Shown: piece after piece, positions 39,980-49,900 of the stretch
Layout of the letters: every line of letters starts with the position of its first letter
Position numbering within the stretch: position 1 is the first letter of the stretch
Origin: a candidate division WOR-3 bacterium
GTDB taxonomy: Bacteria > Hydrothermota > Hydrothermia > B15-G9 > WFZT01
Assembly (NCBI GenBank): GCA_027053075.1
Contig: JALUEE010000004.1
Coordinates: 1 to 62,877, forward strand
DNA: 62,877 nt
Direction of reading: 5' to 3'
The notes under the pieces: generated by a model
Seen by the model: only the letters and a program-made list of their open reading frames with translations
Told to the model about the DNA's origin: nothing
Database searches by the model: none
Program-made: the position numbers and the translations under genes

Positions 39980-41296
39980 ATGAAACTCAAGGAAAAATTG
40001 GCTGAGCTTGTCCCTCAATGGAGGGCCGAGATCACCGAGATCAGGAAAAAGTACGGTAACAAGAAATTAATGGATGACACTGTAGGCCATGCCTACGGTG
40101 GAATGAGAGGTCTCAAGGCTCTGGTTTGCGACACCTCCGAAGTTTTCCCCATGGAGGGAGTGAAGTTCAGAGGTTACACAATTCCAGAGGTGAGGAAGCT
40201 CCTCCCTAAGGCAAAACCTGATGGTGAACCTCTTCCAGAGGGTATCTGGTATCTCCTTCTTACCGGTGAAATTCCGACAGAAGAAGATGTGAAGGAGATC
40301 ACAGAAGAATTTCACAAAAGGGCAGAAGTGCCCGATTACGTTTTCAAAGTAATTGATTCCCTTCCAAAAGAAACACACCCGATGGTCCAGTTTTCCATGG
40401 CTATTCTCGCCAACGAGAATGACTCTGTCTTCCGCAAGAGATACGAAGAGGGAATGAAAAAGACAGAATACTGGGATGCCACCTTTGAGGATGGAATAAC
40501 TCTTCTTTCAAGGCTCCCGGTTATTGCTTCCTACATTTATAGGAGAACTTACAAGGGAGACACAAAGCTTGATTACAGAAAGGACCTTGACTGGGCGGCC
40601 AACTTTGGTCACATGCTCGGGATTGATAATGAAGAGTTTTACGAGCTCATGAGGCTTTATCTTGTGCTTCATGCCGATCATGAAGGTGGAAATGTCAGTG
40701 CTCACACCAATTTGGTGGTAAATTCAGCACTTTCAGACCTTTATTACTCAGTCTCTGCTGCAATGAACGGTCTTGCAGGACCACTTCACGGTCTTGCAAA
40801 TCAGGAGACACTCCGCTGGATACAGGCTTTAAGAGCCAAATTTGGTGGCCTTCCAACAAAAGAGCAGCTTGAGCAGTTTGTCTGGGATACACTGAACAGT
40901 GGGCAGGTGATTCCGGGCTACGGTCACGCAGTCCTTAGAGTCACAGACCCAAGATACACTGCAGAAAGAGAGTTTGCTCTCAAGTACATGCCGGATGATG
41001 AGCTCTTTAAGATCGTGAGCCTGCTTTATGAGGTAGTGCCTCCGATCTTGAAGCAGCTCGGTAAGGTTAAGGATCCATGGCCGAACGTAGATGCACATTC
41101 CGGTGTGCTGCTCTGGCACTATGGCGTCAAAGAGTACGACTTCTACACCGTATTCTTTGGTGTATCGAGGTCACTCGGTCTGACAGCCCAGGCGATTATC
41201 ACAAGGGCTTACGGATTACCAATCGAAAGGCCCAAGTCCATTACAACGAGGTGGCTCAAGGAGAATCTGGACAAGCTACCTGACGCTGAAGCATAA
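39980..41296 (+). CDS. Citrate synthase, eukaryote-like type
   Basis: YGGMRG, HADHEGGNVSAH, GLAGPLHGLANQE, PGYGHAVLR, PWPNVDAHSG, ERPKS. Confidence 0.93.
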   Translation: MKLKEKLAELVPQWRAEITEIRKKYGNKKLMDDTVGHAYGGMRGLKALVCDTSEVFPMEGVKFRGYTIPEVRKLLPKAKPDGEPLPEGIWYLLLTGEIPTEEDVKEITEEFHKRAEVPDYVFKVIDSLPKETHPMVQFSMAILANENDSVFRKRYEEGMKKTEYWDATFEDGITLLSRLPVIASYIYRRTYKGDTKLDYRKDLDWAANFGHMLGIDNEEFYELMRLYLVLHADHEGGNVSAHTNLVVNSALSDLYYSVSAAMNGLAGPLHGLANQETLRWIQALRAKFGGLPTKEQLEQFVWDTLNSGQVIPGYGHAVLRVTDPRYTAEREFALKYMPDDELFKIVSLLYEVVPPILKQLGKVKDPWPNVDAHSGVLLWHYGVKEYDFYTVFFGVSRSLGLTAQAIITRAYGLPIERPKSITTRWLKENLDKLPDAEA

Positions 41297-41325
41297 GGTT
41301 GAAATTTTAGGTGTGTTAGAATTTA

Positions 41326-41360
41326 GGGGGAGGGGCGGCCCTTCGGGCCGCCCCTCCCTC
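41326..41360 (+). terminator. Hairpin after citrate synthase
   Basis: GGGAGGGGCGGCCC-TTC-GGGCCGCCCCTCCC; weak U-tract. Confidence 0.6.
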
Positions 41361-41502
41361 ATTAAAATAAAACCTCTCCACTAACAGTAGTATATAACAA
41401 AACTTTCTATCCGTTCAAATTTAGCCTCCCTAATATAAATGGGACCTTGTCATCTTTAACTTCATCATGTTTCCCGTGACGGATTAGCCCGATTTTAGAC
41501 CT

Positions 41503-41666
41503 ATGTAAACTCCTTAGTTTACATACGAAAACCCGCAGAAATACTTAGAAAAATCCAGAAATAGTACAAAAGTACTGTAAACTGGTAGTTGACACACGTA
41601 AGTCTTGTTATTACCAAGATTTTCGTGCGTTCGATAACAAATGAGTGTAAACTATCAGTTTACACT
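41503..41666. promoter_or_regulatory. Three palindromic sites TGTAAACT-N3/4-AGTTTACA (putative enhancer-binding sites)
   Basis: 41503-41524 ATGTAAACT-CCTT-AGTTTACAT; 41576-41594 TGTAAACT-GGT-AGTTGACA; 41644-41666 AGTGTAAACT-ATC-AGTTTACACT. Confidence 0.7.
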
Positions 41667-41741
41667 TTGCAAACTTCCTCATAATTCAAAAATCCCGAAA
41701 AACCGTTGAATCAAGCCATTTTTGAGAAATGTGTGATTTTG

Positions 41742-41757
41742 TGGCATAAAAATTGCA
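41742..41757 (+). promoter_or_regulatory. Sigma-54 (-24/-12) promoter
   Basis: TGGCATAAAAATTGCA with GG-N10-GC spacing, 29 nt before the ATG, which has an AAGGAGG RBS. Confidence 0.75.
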
Positions 41758-41786
41758 TATTGATATAATAAAAAGGAGGTCTTACA

Positions 41787-42758
41787 ATGAAAAAGTTAGT
41801 TCTAATATTGATGGTTATCATGATAAATGTATCATGCGATAAAGGTGGGAAATTCGTGAATGATAGCTATAAAGAGGATAAAACATACAGGATTGTTTAT
41901 TCTATGCTTGATTCAATAACTCGAGAGTTGTCAATTGCTACGATACGCAGTAAAGAAATTCGTAAGATGTTTTATCTTACTGATATAGGTACCGAAAGAA
42001 AGGTTTCTTTTGATAAAGTGAGAAATTATTTAATCCGTAATGGTGTGCCTGTTAATGATATTAAAACGGTCTTACCGAATGATTCTTTCATCCTCTTCAT
42101 TCGAAATGAATGGTTCACCATGTGGGAAAAAGACGAAGTGGAACCATATTTCACATTCGATCCTATGATTGATGAGGAAATGATAAAAGAAATCCCCTTA
42201 TACAAAAACGGAAAGGTAGTAAAAACTATTCCTGTAGATGATTTTAATAAGTACCCGATAGTGGTATTATCTCCAGAGTGGTGGGAAGGAGACACTGTAC
42301 CATTGATTTCTTTGGAGAAGATAGGGGATTCTCGAGACAGAGAGAATTTACAGAATTTCTGGTTAATTCCATTTATTGAAGGTCTATACATTGGCAGATG
42401 CTACGATCCAGTTCTGTTTTTTGGATGTAATGATATGGAGATTTATGTAAAAGTGAAAAATGTGGGTAGGCCTGAAGTAGATATAACCGATTTTACAGAA
42501 GTTAACCAACCTAACATATGGTATCCAAGTTGCTGCAATGATAATCACTGCAATTATTGGGAAGGATTTTATAGGAGAGTTTATTATCATTCCGTTGTTT
42601 CAGATACGTTTGAATACATTATCATGGAGGATGATGGTCCTTTCAGGGGTGGGGATGACTATGTGGGATATTTTAGAACTTGTTGTTTAGGATTATTTTA
42701 TACTTATCAATCCAATTTCAGGGCATGGGTGTATGTTGATATTCCTTTCGCTCGATAG
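41787..42758 (+). CDS. Hypothetical lipoprotein with Cys-rich, C2-like C-terminal domain
   Basis: Lipobox VSC (Cys17); DMEIYVKV...IMEDDGPFRGGDDYVG; 7 Cys in the C-terminal part. Confidence 0.75.
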   Translation: MKKLVLILMVIMINVSCDKGGKFVNDSYKEDKTYRIVYSMLDSITRELSIATIRSKEIRKMFYLTDIGTERKVSFDKVRNYLIRNGVPVNDIKTVLPNDSFILFIRNEWFTMWEKDEVEPYFTFDPMIDEEMIKEIPLYKNGKVVKTIPVDDFNKYPIVVLSPEWWEGDTVPLISLEKIGDSRDRENLQNFWLIPFIEGLYIGRCYDPVLFFGCNDMEIYVKVKNVGRPEVDITDFTEVNQPNIWYPSCCNDNHCNYWEGFYRRVYYHSVVSDTFEYIIMEDDGPFRGGDDYVGYFRTCCLGLFYTYQSNFRAWVYVDIPFAR

Positions 42759-42763
42759 CAATT

Positions 42764-44587
42764 ATGATAAGTAGCCTGCTGTTTCAATTTTTATTGACTT
42801 TTACCGTATGTTGTGCTGGAGTTAATAAAGGTATTGTGAAAATTGATGGGAAAGTGTACAGATTGGAAAATGATTCATGTATTCGCGTGAATATACCCTC
42901 TGGATGGCACCGAGTAGAGCTATTAGCGTATGGTTATCAGAAAGTGGACACTCTCTTTAAAGGTGACAGTATTTTACTTGTTCCAGAAATTTATCACGTT
43001 GATTCTGTGGTAACAGTATCGACGAGAGGGAGTGGAGGGGGTAATTTCGATTTGAGCCGCAAAAATTTATCGCTGACCCCTGTTCCAATGTTTCACGATC
43101 CGGTTCTGGTGGCCAAATATCTTCCTTTTGTCCTTGTGTCACCTTACGATGAAATTGAGAATAATGACCTTGATTATTCAGCGGCACTGGGGCATCCTGA
43201 TGAGAACGCTCTTTTAATAGATGGAATACCTTTGCTTGTATTTCCAGTTTATCCACGTCCTCTCGTTCCTTTGCCTCTTATCAGGGACATGGAGTTTTCA
43301 CTCCTTGACATTCCTCTTGAAAATGGGTGGTCAGTGTCCTCTCAAGTGAATGTCCAGTTACCAGGGAGTAAAAGAGAGAAGGTTCTTTATATTGATCCAT
43401 TTGGAACTTTTAGCTTAACAAACGGGAAATCCTACTACGCCTATGGTATTCAGGTGTATAGTCTTACTCCGGTCATTCTGCTACTTTCAAAAGGAAAAGG
43501 TAACGTAACTCATCTGGACCTCTTTTTGAAAAGATCGTATAAAAACGCTGTATTCTCAGGTTTTACTTTAGCAGAGGTTTCTTCCCTTAAAGGTATTCTT
43601 GAACCTGAAGCTACAAAAATTTTTGATGCGGGTGTAAAACTATCCAGGAATAACCTCACATATTATCTCGCTGTGGGTTTTTATAACCGTGATCAATATA
43701 TTTTAATCGAAAAAGCCTACAACTATGTTGCCGGTGTTCACTACAATTCGGGCTTGCTCTCTATCAGGACAAATTTTGTGGGTGAATTTTACAAACACAC
43801 TGAGCTTGTAGGCACTCCTTCAGGTGAGATTACTGAAACTGGTATGTACAAGAGAAATTCCGTGTTTTTAAGGGTATGGGAAAATGAAAAATTATGGAAT
43901 CTCTCAGTTAAGCCCTACATAGACGGCATTTTTTATAAAATGTCCTATCGAAGTGCATTTATGAAAAGAGATTCGACTATTGAGTTCGATTCCTTCTATC
44001 CCGGGATAAAATTGTCTCTTGATTTTTCATCTCCGATGAAAATTTACCTTTCATCTGGTATAACCAATCAATTCTTTGCACTCATAAAAGAATATGACCC
44101 CTTTCAGAGAAGATGTGACAAATTTTCCCGCATTGCGTATGGTATTCTAAATATGAAAACGAAAGACATGTCGCTCTATTTCTTTTATAGAAGAGACATT
44201 ACTGATTCCACAAGAGGTTTTGGAGTGTATCAGAAATTTAACTGGGGGTTAAGCAGGAGGACAAAACTTCAGGCTGGTATTTGGGGAATGTATTCGTATG
44301 TTCCGCCATGGAACTATGGCTTAAATGTTGATGCTTTTTTGTTACACCGGTGGAATAATAGTACACATTTGACCATGAGAATTACCAAAAGATTTCCGCT
44401 CCATCTATTTAAAGGAGGGAGTGAGGCCCCATACTTCAGGACTGATATAATGGTTACAAAAAACTTCCATTTGAAGGGGCATCCAGCGACGCTTTACATG
44501 GGTGTTTTTAACTTACTTTCTAAAAAACCCAATCCTGGCTCAATAAATTATCCCATTCCTATGTTGAGTCTGGAGGTTAAATTGTAG
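42764..44587 (+). CDS. Divergent TonB-dependent-receptor-like outer membrane protein
   Basis: N-terminal PEGA/Cna-like segment, plug-like DP....LPFV...DENALLIDGIP, amphipathic strands, YFRTDI...FNLL...LSLEVKL. Confidence 0.6.
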   Translation: MISSLLFQFLLTFTVCCAGVNKGIVKIDGKVYRLENDSCIRVNIPSGWHRVELLAYGYQKVDTLFKGDSILLVPEIYHVDSVVTVSTRGSGGGNFDLSRKNLSLTPVPMFHDPVLVAKYLPFVLVSPYDEIENNDLDYSAALGHPDENALLIDGIPLLVFPVYPRPLVPLPLIRDMEFSLLDIPLENGWSVSSQVNVQLPGSKREKVLYIDPFGTFSLTNGKSYYAYGIQVYSLTPVILLLSKGKGNVTHLDLFLKRSYKNAVFSGFTLAEVSSLKGILEPEATKIFDAGVKLSRNNLTYYLAVGFYNRDQYILIEKAYNYVAGVHYNSGLLSIRTNFVGEFYKHTELVGTPSGEITETGMYKRNSVFLRVWENEKLWNLSVKPYIDGIFYKMSYRSAFMKRDSTIEFDSFYPGIKLSLDFSSPMKIYLSSGITNQFFALIKEYDPFQRRCDKFSRIAYGILNMKTKDMSLYFFYRRDITDSTRGFGVYQKFNWGLSRRTKLQAGIWGMYSYVPPWNYGLNVDAFLLHRWNNSTHLTMRITKRFPLHLFKGGSEAPYFRTDIMVTKNFHLKGHPATLYMGVFNLLSKKPNPGSINYPIPMLSLEVKL

Positions 44588-44597
44588 ATATCTGCCG

Positions 44598-46406
44598 ATG
44601 TCACTAATTCACGTATTATTGGCATTGAAAATATGCTTTGGAACACCTGTCGATGGAATGATCAAGGTGGATTCAGTGGCCCATCTTTTAAGTGATCAGT
44701 CATGTGTGCCTGTAAAGCTTTTACCTGGGAGACATGAAATTTTAGTAAAAGGGTATGGATTCCCCGAGCTGGATACAACGGTTTATGTTGGCACGACTGA
44801 TACAATTATCTTGCTGCACCTTCCCTTATATCGGGTGGATTCAGTTATTTCAACTCCAAGAGTGGGCTCAAGGTCGTTTCTGACTTTCAGTCACACGGAA
44901 TATGCCCTTCAGCCCACCCCTCTATTCCACGATCCGTTACTAATGACAAGGTCACTTCCCTTTGTTGTATGTGACGAAATGGTGAAGTTTAATCTCAAGT
45001 ACTCTGCGGCTCTTGGACGTCCCGATGAAAATATAGTTTCTATCGAAGGTGTACCCGTACCGGTTTTTCAAGAATATCCTCATTCTCTTGTACCATTGCC
45101 ACTTGTTAAACAGATGTCCTTCTACTTATTGGATATTCCCCTTAATATCGGATGGACTTTATCTTCCCATCTTGATATTAGGCTACCTGCTGACACCAGG
45201 AATAAAAAGCTGTATTTTGATCCCTTTGGGTCAATTGCTTACTCAAATATTTCTCCAATGAAAGGATGGGGGATTGAATTCTATACTCTCTATCCTGCGC
45301 TGAAGCTTTTATCCAAAGGCGGCATGGATATCCATCATGTGGATATTTTCAGTAAAAATATCTCAACAAATAGAACTCTTACATTCTTTGGAATGGCAGA
45401 AATTATTTCAAAGAGAGGCAAAGACATTGTTCCATCCAATACTAAAATCTCAGATTTTGGATTCAAGATGAGTCACAGTAAATACACGGTTTACCTGGCT
45501 GGTGGATTTTACAGTCATAAGCAACCTGAGAAGTCAGACAACATTCGCGTAGTTTTACTGGGTATTAACACTCAATATAAACGTTTCCATCTCCGATTAA
45601 ACCTGGTTAATGAAATGCAAAAGTCTATAGCCACTATTTTTGGCACTGCCAATCCTTCCAAAGTGACTTTTGAATTCAGTAGAAATTCGCTTTTCTCTCG
45701 AGCATGGTTTGACATTGCTACGGGGTCAGTAATACTGCAGCCATACCTTGATTTCATCGTTTACAAGAGGATTCTAATTGATCCAATTAGCACGATAACT
45801 GACACAAGTGGACTGCTAAAAAACTCATCTCCTGGCATCAAACTTCGTTTAAATTACTTTTCCTATAAAATGTTCTACATTTCCACGGGCGTTACAAACC
45901 AGTTTTTTAAACTTGTCAAAAACAAGGATGCCTTGTCTTTAAATCCTGACACCACTGGACGCACATTTTACCTTGTGACAGGTTTTGGTAATATGAGGAT
46001 GTTTTTTAGACACAATATAGATGATAGTCTGGTTGGATTCGGATTCTATGGTAAATTTCAGAGAATGGTTGGAGAAAGATCAGGTCTGGCATTAAGCATC
46101 TGGGGCATGCACTCGTTTCGGCCAGATAAAGATTTTGGTCTAAATCTTGATCTTATGGTTTCAAAGAGGTGGAATGAAAAAACCTATTGGGTCATGAGAC
46201 TTGTTCAGAGGATGGAACTATTTTTCCTTAAGGGACAGAAGGAACCGGGTTTTTTCAGGCTGGATGTCTTACTAATGCGGAACCTTAGAATCCGCTCTCA
46301 TCAATCTTCGCTTTACATAGGGATTTATAACCTTCTTTCAAAGAATAGTAGCCCATCAGCCATTAATTTCCCCGTGCCCACCTTTGGCCTTTCGGTGAAA
46401 TTATGA
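44598..46406 (+). CDS. Paralogous divergent TonB-dependent-receptor-like protein
   Basis: FHDP...LPFV...YSAALGRPDEN; FFRLDV...YNLL...GLSVKL; collinear with 42764-44587. Confidence 0.6.
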   Translation: MSLIHVLLALKICFGTPVDGMIKVDSVAHLLSDQSCVPVKLLPGRHEILVKGYGFPELDTTVYVGTTDTIILLHLPLYRVDSVISTPRVGSRSFLTFSHTEYALQPTPLFHDPLLMTRSLPFVVCDEMVKFNLKYSAALGRPDENIVSIEGVPVPVFQEYPHSLVPLPLVKQMSFYLLDIPLNIGWTLSSHLDIRLPADTRNKKLYFDPFGSIAYSNISPMKGWGIEFYTLYPALKLLSKGGMDIHHVDIFSKNISTNRTLTFFGMAEIISKRGKDIVPSNTKISDFGFKMSHSKYTVYLAGGFYSHKQPEKSDNIRVVLLGINTQYKRFHLRLNLVNEMQKSIATIFGTANPSKVTFEFSRNSLFSRAWFDIATGSVILQPYLDFIVYKRILIDPISTITDTSGLLKNSSPGIKLRLNYFSYKMFYISTGVTNQFFKLVKNKDALSLNPDTTGRTFYLVTGFGNMRMFFRHNIDDSLVGFGFYGKFQRMVGERSGLALSIWGMHSFRPDKDFGLNLDLMVSKRWNEKTYWVMRLVQRMELFFLKGQKEPGFFRLDVLLMRNLRIRSHQSSLYIGIYNLLSKNSSPSAINFPVPTFGLSVKL

Positions 46407-46433
46407 AAGAGTTTATCGTATAATTATGCAACT

Positions 46434-49400
46434 GTGCCAAAGAGAGAGGATATAAAATCCGTTCTAATCATCGGGTCTGGCCCTATTATTATTGGCCAGG
46501 CCTCGGAATTTGATTATTCCGGCTCCCAGGCTGTTAAAAGCCTCAAAGAAGAAGGCATCAGAGTTATACTCATCAACTCCAATCCGGCCACGATTATGAC
46601 TGACCCCGACATGGCTGATTCCGTATATATTGAGCCCCTCACCGTTGAATTTGTTGAAAAAGTCATTAAAAAAGAGCGGCCCGATGCATTGCTTCCCACA
46701 CTCGGTGGACAGACAGGACTGAATCTTGCTGTTGCACTGCATGATGCGGGAATTCTTGAAAAATACGGGGTTCAGCTCATAGGTGCCTCCATTGACGCGA
46801 TAAAGAAGGCAGAGGATAGGGAGCTTTTTATCGAATCCATGACGAGAATCGGGCTCAAAGTCCCAGAGTCTGGCTATGCTGGAAGTGTCGAAGAGGCCTT
46901 TGAAATTGCGAGAAGACTTGGATTCCCTGTTGTGATTCGGCCCTCATTTACCCTGGGTGGAACCGGTGGAAACATTGCCAAGACAGAGGAGGATTTCAAA
47001 TCCCTTGTTGAGCTTGCTCTTCGGATGAGCCCTGTTGGTAAAGTTTTAATCGAGAAGTCTGTTGCAGGCTGGAAAGAGTTTGAGCTTGAGGTGATGAGGG
47101 ATAAGAATGACAATGTAGTCATCGTCTGTTCTATTGAGAACTTTGACCCCATGGGGGTTCATACAGGTGATTCCATAACAGTTGCACCACAGCAAACCCT
47201 GAGTGATAAGGAATACCAGAGAATGAGGGATGCGGCAATTGCAATAATTCGCGAGATCGGTGTTGATACGGGAGGCTCGAATATTCAGTTTGCCGTTAAT
47301 CCTTCCAATGGTGAGATGTACGTTATTGAAATGAATCCGCGGGTATCGCGCTCCTCTGCCCTTGCCTCCAAGGCCACGGGATTCCCCATTGCCAAAATAG
47401 CTGCAAAGCTTGCCATTGGCTATACACTTGATGAGCTTCCAAACGATATAACACGCGAAACTCCAGCGTCCTTTGAACCAGCCCTTGACTATGTGGTCGT
47501 GAAGATTCCAAGGTTTGCATTTGAAAAATTCCCTGAGGTTGATCCCACACTTACCACCCAGATGAAGTCTGTAGGTGAGGTTATGGCAATCGGAAGGAAT
47601 TTCAGAGAGGCTCTGTTGAAGGCCATATCCTCGCTTGAGATCAGCTCTTCGGGCTTGCGCTCCGTGGTGCAGCCCCTGATAAATAAGGGATTTTTCAAGG
47701 GGGACCTTTTAGAAGAAGTAAGGGCATACATAGCACGGAAGCTTGAGATGCCCAATTCGGAGAGGATTTTCGTCATTGCTGATGCCTTCAGGTTTGGATT
47801 TAGCGTTGATGATGTCCAGAGGCTAACTGGTGTTGATCCATTTTTTCTCTACCAGATAAAGGAAATTGTTGAGCTTGAAGACGAAATTCGTGGTAAGGGT
47901 ATAGGTGGTCTTACGGCAGAGACGGTGCGGAAGGCAAAGGAATGGGGATTCTCTGATAAAAGAATAGCAGAACTCACCGGCACCAATGAGGATTTTATAA
48001 GGTCTTTACGTGAAAAAGAGCATATAAAGCCAGTTTTTAAGGTCGTTGATACATGTGCAGCTGAGTTTGAGGCCTATACACCATACTTTTACTCCACCTA
48101 CGAAGAGGAAGATGAGGAGCCCCCTCTTTACGTAAAAACCAGCAAAAAAAGCGTTATTGTTCTCGGTAGCGGTCCCAATAGAATAGGGCAGGGGATTGAG
48201 TTTGATTACGCGTGTGTTCACAGTATTTTTGCCATAAAGGAGGAAGGGTATAATGGAATCATGGTCAATTCGAATCCGGAGACCGTTTCAACTGATTACG
48301 ATACCTCTGACAGACTTTACTTTGAACCCGTGGATTTTGAGCACGTGATGAATATTATCGAGAAGGAAAATCCGCTTGGAGTTATTGTTCAATTTGGAGG
48401 GCAGTCACCTTTAAACATGGCCCGTAAACTGGCCCGCTACGGGGTCAGAATACTTGGAACAGAGTTTGATGCCATAGACCGTGCCGAGGATAGAGAGAGA
48501 TTTAAGGAATTTTTGGACAAGCTGGGTCTTAAACGGCCGAGGAGTGGTATTGCGAGAACCCCTGTCGAGGCAGTTGAGGTTGCTGAGTTTATCGGCTATC
48601 CTGTACTTGTTCGTCCATCTTACGTGCTCGGCGGCAGGGCAATGGGCATCATTCACGACAGAAAAGAGCTTGAATTTTACCTTGAAAATGAAACTATCGG
48701 CTGGCCACTTCTTGTGGATGAATTTCTTATTGATGCCTATGAAATTGATGTTGATGCCATTTCCGACGGTGAAGATGTTTATATTGGCGGTATCCTTGAG
48801 CACATCCATGAAGCAGGTATCCATTCTGGTGACTCTGCGATGATTTTGCCTCCGTACATGCTCCCGGATGGGATAATCCAACAGGTGGAAGAGATTACTG
48901 TGGAAATTGCGAAGGAGTTGAAGATCAAAGGTATAATGAACGTCCAGTATGCGGTGATGGAAGGTGAGGTTTACGTAATAGAAGTTAATCCGAGGGCCTC
49001 GAGGACTGTGCCATTTATTTCAAAGGCAACTGGAGTACCTCTTGCAAAGGTTGCCACAAAGGTGATGTTAGGTCGAAGGCTCAGGGAGTTTGGTCTTGGA
49101 AGCAGAAATCACGGTTTTTATGCTGTCAAGGAAGCAGTTTTTTCATTCAACAAGTTCCCGGGAGTTGACCCGATCCTTGGCCCAGAGATGCGCTCAACCG
49201 GTGAGGTTATGGGGGTAGGGCGGACACCAGGAGAGGCATTTTACAAATCTCAAATTGCGGCAGGTTTCCAGTTGCCCGGTGATGGAAAAGGAAAGGTTTT
49301 TATCAGTGTCAGAGATTCTGCAAAGCCCAGGATATTGGATATTGCAGAGATGCTTAAAAAAGCAGGTCTTGAAATAATAGCCACTGAGGGAACTGCGAGG

Positions 49401-49676
49401 TATCTTGAGAAGCATGGCATAAAGGTCGAAAGTGTGGGCAAACTGAGCGAGGGGAGTGAGGGGATAGTGGGACGTATGAAAAAGGGTGAGGTGGTGATGG
49501 TTATCAATATACCTTCAGGCAAGAGTGCGTATATAGATTCTGTAAAGATCAGAAGAGCGGCGTTTTTATACAACATCCCATCATACACATCGGTAAATGC
49601 TGCGAGATTTGCCGCACGTTCAATCGTAAATGGTGTGAGGACCGATGTTTACTCCCTTGAAGAGATATCCGGATGA
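46434..49676 (+). CDS. carB: Carbamoyl-phosphate synthase large subunit
   Basis: [17 protein letters not shown], duplicated ATP-grasp domains, [13 protein letters not shown] domain; GTG start. Confidence 0.98.
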   Translation: MPKREDIKSVLIIGSGPIIIGQASEFDYSGSQAVKSLKEEGIRVILINSNPATIMTDPDMADSVYIEPLTVEFVEKVIKKERPDALLPTLGGQTGLNLAVALHDAGILEKYGVQLIGASIDAIKKAEDRELFIESMTRIGLKVPESGYAGSVEEAFEIARRLGFPVVIRPSFTLGGTGGNIAKTEEDFKSLVELALRMSPVGKVLIEKSVAGWKEFELEVMRDKNDNVVIVCSIENFDPMGVHTGDSITVAPQQTLSDKEYQRMRDAAIAIIREIGVDTGGSNIQFAVNPSNGEMYVIEMNPRVSRSSALASKATGFPIAKIAAKLAIGYTLDELPNDITRETPASFEPALDYVVVKIPRFAFEKFPEVDPTLTTQMKSVGEVMAIGRNFREALLKAISSLEISSSGLRSVVQPLINKGFFKGDLLEEVRAYIARKLEMPNSERIFVIADAFRFGFSVDDVQRLTGVDPFFLYQIKEIVELEDEIRGKGIGGLTAETVRKAKEWGFSDKRIAELTGTNEDFIRSLREKEHIKPVFKVVDTCAAEFEAYTPYFYSTYEEEDEEPPLYVKTSKKSVIVLGSGPNRIGQGIEFDYACVHSIFAIKEEGYNGIMVNSNPETVSTDYDTSDRLYFEPVDFEHVMNIIEKENPLGVIVQFGGQSPLNMARKLARYGVRILGTEFDAIDRAEDRERFKEFLDKLGLKRPRSGIARTPVEAVEVAEFIGYPVLVRPSYVLGGRAMGIIHDRKELEFYLENETIGWPLLVDEFLIDAYEIDVDAISDGEDVYIGGILEHIHEAGIHSGDSAMILPPYMLPDGIIQQVEEITVEIAKELKIKGIMNVQYAVMEGEVYVIEVNPRASRTVPFISKATGVPLAKVATKVMLGRRLREFGLGSRNHGFYAVKEAVFSFNKFPGVDPILGPEMRSTGEVMGVGRTPGEAFYKSQIAAGFQLPGDGKGKVFISVRDSAKPRILDIAEMLKKAGLEIIATEGTARYLEKHGIKVESVGKLSEGSEGIVGRMKKGEVVMVINIPSGKSAYIDSVKIRRAAFLYNIPSYTSVNAARFAARSIVNGVRTDVYSLEEISG

Positions 49677-49686
49677 TTATACCGAC

Positions 49687-49831
49687 CCCATTCTCCCCTA
49701 ACCCCTCCTTCCCGAAGGGAAGGAGGGGAAATTTAAGGTTTTCCCGGGTAAATGGTCTAAGATTCGTGAAGGAGTGGTCTTCAGAAGCTCCCTCCCTTCC
49801 CTCTGGGAAGGAAGGGCTGGGGTGGAATGGG
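49687..49831. repeat. Inverted pair of REP/BoxC-like palindromes
   Basis: CCCCTCCTTCCC-GAA-GGGAAGGAGGGG and CCTTCCC-TCT-GGGAAGG, bounded by CCCATTC / GAATGGG. Confidence 0.7.
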
Positions 49832-49900
49832 TGAGCAATATTTCGGTCTTATACATCGTTTTGTATAAAGAGGAGATTTTAGGATGATTCCCAATTGGTA

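Noticed and set aside
41468..41483. Second parS (TGTTTCCCGTGACGGA)
   Set aside because: Four mismatches to the consensus
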